The notes beneath the pieces were generated by a model. That model saw only the letters and a program-made list of their open reading frames with translations. It did not search any database and had not been told where the DNA came from. A program made the position numbers and the translations under genes. DNA of 64,000 bases from Longimicrobiales bacterium (GTDB lineage Bacteria > Gemmatimonadota > Gemmatimonadetes > Longimicrobiales > Gaopeijiaceae). Each line of letters begins with the position of its first letter. The first letter of the stretch is position 1. Positions 60,530-64,000 of the stretch are shown here, piece by piece. The stretch lies in the NCBI GenBank assembly GCA_965197725.1, contig CBDANQ010000040.1:11709-75708 (forward strand), read 5' to 3'.

Positions 60530-61557
60530 CACTGGTATTCGACGCCGCCGCCGGGCTCGATCCGGCCGATGACCCGCGAGCCGATGCCGTGCGCAGCCGC
60601 GGCGGAGACCACTGCATGAACATCGCCCTCTGCCACGACCGCGATCATGCCGATACCCATGTTGAAGACGCGGTCCATCTCGCAACGCTCGACGTTGCCC
60701 GCGTCTTGAAGCGTCTGGAAGACCGGTGGCGCTTGCCAGCTCGCGCGGTCGATCGAGGCACCGAGCCCCCCCGGTAGGACCCGCGGCAGGTTCCCCGGGA
60801 TACCGCCCCCTGTCACATGCGCCAGCCCGCGGACCATGTTGGTCTCGAGCAGTCCCAGAAATACGGGCAGATAGCTCCGGTGCACGGTCAGCAGTTCGTC
60901 GCCGACGGAGCGCCCGGTGCCGGGGAGCTCATCTCCCACGCTGAGGCGCATCACGTCGAATACGATCCGGCGCGCGAGCGTGTAACCGTTGGTATGCAGG
61001 CCGGACGAGTCCAGGCCGACCAGCAGGTCGCCGCTCTTGATGCGCGAGCCGTCGATGATGCGGTTCCGGTCCACGATCCCGACGATGAAGCCGGCGAGGT
61101 CGTACTCGCCGGCGGCGTAGAATTCAGTCATCTGAGCCGTTTCGCCGCCCAGAAGCGCGCAGGCGTTCGCCTTGCAGGCGAGCGCGACGCCCCACACGAC
61201 CTCCTTGACGACGTGCTCGTCCATCTCTCCCGTCGCGAGATAATCGAGGAAGAAAATGGGGCGTGCTCCCTGCACCAGAATGTCGTTGACGCAGTGGTTC
61301 ACGAGACACTGGCCAACCGTGTCGTGCCGTCCCGTCGCGAACGCGAGCTTCAATTTCGTTCCGGCGCCGTCTGCGCTGGAGACGAGCACCTGCGTGTCCT
61401 CGCCTTCGGGGACCTGGTACAACCCCGCGAACGTGCCCAACTCGGAGAGAGTGAAGCGGTCCGCCGTGGAAGCGACGAGGTCCTTCAGGCCCATCTTGGC
61501 GCGTTGCGCGGCGTCGAGATCGACGCCGGTATCCCGGTAGCTCAGCGGTTCAGACAC
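60529..61557 (-). CDS. purM: AIR synthase
   Basis: YRDTGVD, GTKL, LGGETA, SSGLHTNGY, HVTGGG, FNMGIG. Confidence 0.97.
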   Translation of the reverse strand: MSEPLSYRDTGVDLDAAQRAKMGLKDLVASTADRFTLSELGTFAGLYQVPEGEDTQVLVSSADGAGTKLKLAFATGRHDTVGQCLVNHCVNDILVQGARPIFFLDYLATGEMDEHVVKEVVWGVALACKANACALLGGETAQMTEFYAAGEYDLAGFIVGIVDRNRIIDGSRIKSGDLLVGLDSSGLHTNGYTLARRIVFDVMRLSVGDELPGTGRSVGDELLTVHRSYLPVFLGLLETNMVRGLAHVTGGGIPGNLPRVLPGGLGASIDRASWQAPPVFQTLQDAGNVERCEMDRVFNMGIGMIAVVAEGDVHAVVSAAAAHGIGSRVIGRIEPGGGVEYQ

Positions 61558-62479
61558 GTTGCTCCACCTCTACATGCGCCTCGAACGTGGTCATCTCATG
61601 GAAGCTCAACACGCGTTCCTCGATGGTTTCGGGCGTCAGATCGATCAAGCGATCAACGCTGAAGCGCTCGACCGCGAACGAGCCCATTACGGATCCATAC
61701 ACCATTGCGCGCCGAAGGTCGGCCGTATCCAGCGATCCCGACCGCTTGATGTGACCCATGAAGCCACCCGCGAACGCGTCCCCCGCGCCCGTCGGATCGA
61801 AGACGTCTTCCAACGGGAATCCTGGCACGAAGAAGAGCCAGTCGTCCGCGAAGAGGATCGCGCCGTGCTCCCCCTTCTTCACCACGACGATGTCGGGCCC
61901 ACGCTCGCGGATCCAGCGTGACGCTTTCAGCAGATTCGGTTCGTCGGCGAGCTGGCGTGCCTCCTCGTCGTTGACCATGAGGATGTGGACGCGGTCGAGT
62001 AGAGAGACCACCGATTCTCGGCTCCCCTCGATCCAGTAGTTCATCGTGTCGCACGCGATCACGTCGGGAGAATGCACCTGATCGAGCACGTCGTGCTGCA
62101 ACGAGGGGTCGATATTGCCGAGGAAGACGTAGCGCGACTGACGGAACGGCTCGGGAATCTTGGGTTGAAAATCCGCGAATACGCCGAGCTCGGTGGCGAG
62201 GGTGTCGCGGCCGCTCAGATCCGAGTGATAGCGTCCGGCCCAGAAGAAGCTCTTGCCTCCGCGCTCTTCGATGCCGGAGAGGTCGGCTCCCCGGTTCTCC
62301 AGGAAGCGCAGCTCGTCGAGCGGGTAGTCGTCGCCGACGACGCCCACGACGCGAACTGGCGCGAACCACGTCGCGGCCGACGCGAAGAAGACGGCCGAGC
62401 CGCCCAGGACCCGTTCGACCTTGGCGAACGGCGTCTCGACCGAGTCGAGCGCGACGCTACCTACGCAGAGAATCGACAT
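61550..62479 (-). CDS. PfkB-family carbohydrate/nucleoside kinase
   Basis: GGSA, KKGEHG, DPTGAGDAF. Confidence 0.94.
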   Translation of the reverse strand: MSILCVGSVALDSVETPFAKVERVLGGSAVFFASAATWFAPVRVVGVVGDDYPLDELRFLENRGADLSGIEERGGKSFFWAGRYHSDLSGRDTLATELGVFADFQPKIPEPFRQSRYVFLGNIDPSLQHDVLDQVHSPDVIACDTMNYWIEGSRESVVSLLDRVHILMVNDEEARQLADEPNLLKASRWIRERGPDIVVVKKGEHGAILFADDWLFFVPGFPLEDVFDPTGAGDAFAGGFMGHIKRSGSLDTADLRRAMVYGSVMGSFAVERFSVDRLIDLTPETIEERVLSFHEMTTFEAHVEVEQRV

Positions 62480-62503
62480 GTCATCAACTCGAGAAGATTC
62501 TAC

Positions 62504-64000
62504 CTAAGGCCCTTGGTCCAGAACCGCACGGTCCATCCGCGTGGGCGCTGAAATGCCGAGCACAGCGAGGCCGTTCCTCAGCACGATCTGCACCGCGCGC
62601 GCGAGAACGAGACGAGCCTGACGTAACTCGGGGGCTTCCGCCAGCACCGCGAGCTCGGGGTTCCGGCTCGGGTTGCCGGCATGATACCACGCGTTCGTCG
62701 AGCCTGCCGTTTGCTCGAGGTACTCGCAGAGCGCGTGCGGTGTCGATTGCCCGGCAGAACGCTCGAGCGCTTCCGTGAACTCACCGAGGTTCTTGACGAG
62801 CTCGCGCTCGAGTTCATGGTCGAGCACGCTCAGATCCGTCGCGCCTGCCGCGATCGACTCGGCTTCGATTCCCGCCTTCGCGAAGATCGAGCACATGCGT
62901 GCATGAGCATACTGAACCTTGTACACCGGATTCTTGTCGGACTGGTCCAGCGCCGCGTCGACATCGAAGAGCATCTGCGCGTCCGGCTTCCGCATTTGGA
63001 AGAAGTAACGCGTGACGTCGACTCCGACCTCGTCGTACAGCTCGCGCAGAGAGAGTGCGGAGCCCGCCCGCTTCGAGAACTTCACCTCCTGTCCGTCGCG
63101 CGTGACGCGGACCATCTGGTGCAGCACGTACTCGGGGTATCCCTCGGGCATGCCGAGCGCTTGCGTACCGCCGCGCACGCGGTCCACGGTTCCGTGGTGA
63201 TCCGACCCTTGCACATTGATGACCCGGTGGAAGCCGCGCTGCCACTTGTGGAGGTGGTAGGCGACGTCCGGCAGGAAGTATGTGGGAAGCCCGTTGCTGC
63301 GAACCATGACCCGGTCCTTCTGGTCACCGAACTCCGTCGTCTTGAGCCAGGTCGCTCCCTCGCGCTCGTACACGAGCCCGGTGTCCTTCAGGGCCTGGAT
63401 GGTGGCCTCCACGCGGCCTTCGCTGTAAAGTGACGACTCGAGGTAGTACTCGTCGAAGAAGACCCCGAAGTCGTTGAGGTCGCGGTCTTGTTCCGCACGG
63501 AGGATGCGTACCGCGAGGGCTCGGATCTCGTCCAGGTCCTCCTCGCTGACGCCCTCCCGGTATTTCTCTCCGACATCGTCGGCCAAGCGCTCCGCGATCT
63601 CTGCGACGTACCCGCCGTGATACCCGCCTTCGGGGATCTCCGCCTCGCCACCGAAGTGTTCCAGATAGCGCGCGTACACGCTGAGGGCGAGCAGCTCCAT
63701 CTGCCGGCCGCCGTCGTTGTAGTAGAACTCGCGATGCACGTCCCAGCCGGTCCAGGTCAGAAGCGAGCAGATCGCGTCCCCGAGCGCCGCTTGGCGGCCG
63801 TGGCCGATGTGCAGGGGTCCGGTCGGGTTCGCGGACACGAACTCGACCATTACGCGCGCTCCACCTCCAGTCTCGCTCCGCCCCCACGACTCATCGTAGG
63901 CGAGAATGTCATGGAGCACGGACGCCACCATCCCGGACGACAGCCGGAAATTGAGGAAGCCCGGCCCAGCGATCTCGACGGCTTCAACCCCCGCGGCCTC
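62504..64000 (-). CDS. argS: Arginyl-tRNA synthetase (5' end beyond the window)
   Basis: AGPGFLNF, SANPTGPLHIGH, KFSKRAG, YKVQYAHAR. Confidence 0.97.
   Translation of the reverse strand, partial: EAAGVEAVEIAGPGFLNFRLSSGMVASVLHDILAYDESWGRSETGGGARVMVEFVSANPTGPLHIGHGRQAALGDAICSLLTWTGWDVHREFYYNDGGRQMELLALSVYARYLEHFGGEAEIPEGGYHGGYVAEIAERLADDVGEKYREGVSEEDLDEIRALAVRILRAEQDRDLNDFGVFFDEYYLESSLYSEGRVEATIQALKDTGLVYEREGATWLKTTEFGDQKDRVMVRSNGLPTYFLPDVAYHLHKWQRGFHRVINVQGSDHHGTVDRVRGGTQALGMPEGYPEYVLHQMVRVTRDGQEVKFSKRAGSALSLRELYDEVGVDVTRYFFQMRKPDAQMLFDVDAALDQSDKNPVYKVQYAHARMCSIFAKAGIEAESIAAGATDLSVLDHELERELVKNLGEFTEALERSAGQSTPHALCEYLEQTAGSTNAWYHAGNPSRNPELAVLAEAPELRQARLVLARAVQIVLRNGLAVLGISAPTRMDRAVLDQGP

Overview
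High-GC bacterial DNA. Gene content (kinase-TPR proteins, LVIVD/YVTN propellers, the hpf-hprK-PTS(Man)-ptsI-metK block) suggests a Gemmatimonadota-like organism; this is inference. The window has two halves. About 1-40 kb is an accessory, decaying region: a TAXI-TRAP transporter, three IS256 copies, an IS21, an IS1182/IS5-like element, at least five co-oriented truncated IS91/ISCR pieces, an integrase remnant, a tRNA-Ala 3' half, and cargo genes (YtrA-type GntR operon, GT39, kinases, amidase, PaoABC-like Mo enzyme, DUF5916, cytochrome b/MsrP-like/Met-rich lipoprotein, propeller proteins), several of them broken. It ends at tmRNA (ssrA, 40173-40524), whose 3' end is duplicated. About 40.6-64 kb is intact core genome (dusB, selB, recO, metK, PTS genes, nusB, rib genes, purM, argS). 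Most notable: (1) a family of 22-30 bp hairpin micro-insertions (GGGCACC-stem-loop-GGTCG) that are polymorphic and even nested between IS copies; (2) serial ISCR ori ends abutting gene fragments; (3) a 220-bp MITE that rewrote the ribH stop and uncoupled ribH-nusB; (4) a Met-rich lipoprotein coupled to an MsrP-like enzyme. Coordinates were read by eye and may be off by a few bases. No database searches were run.
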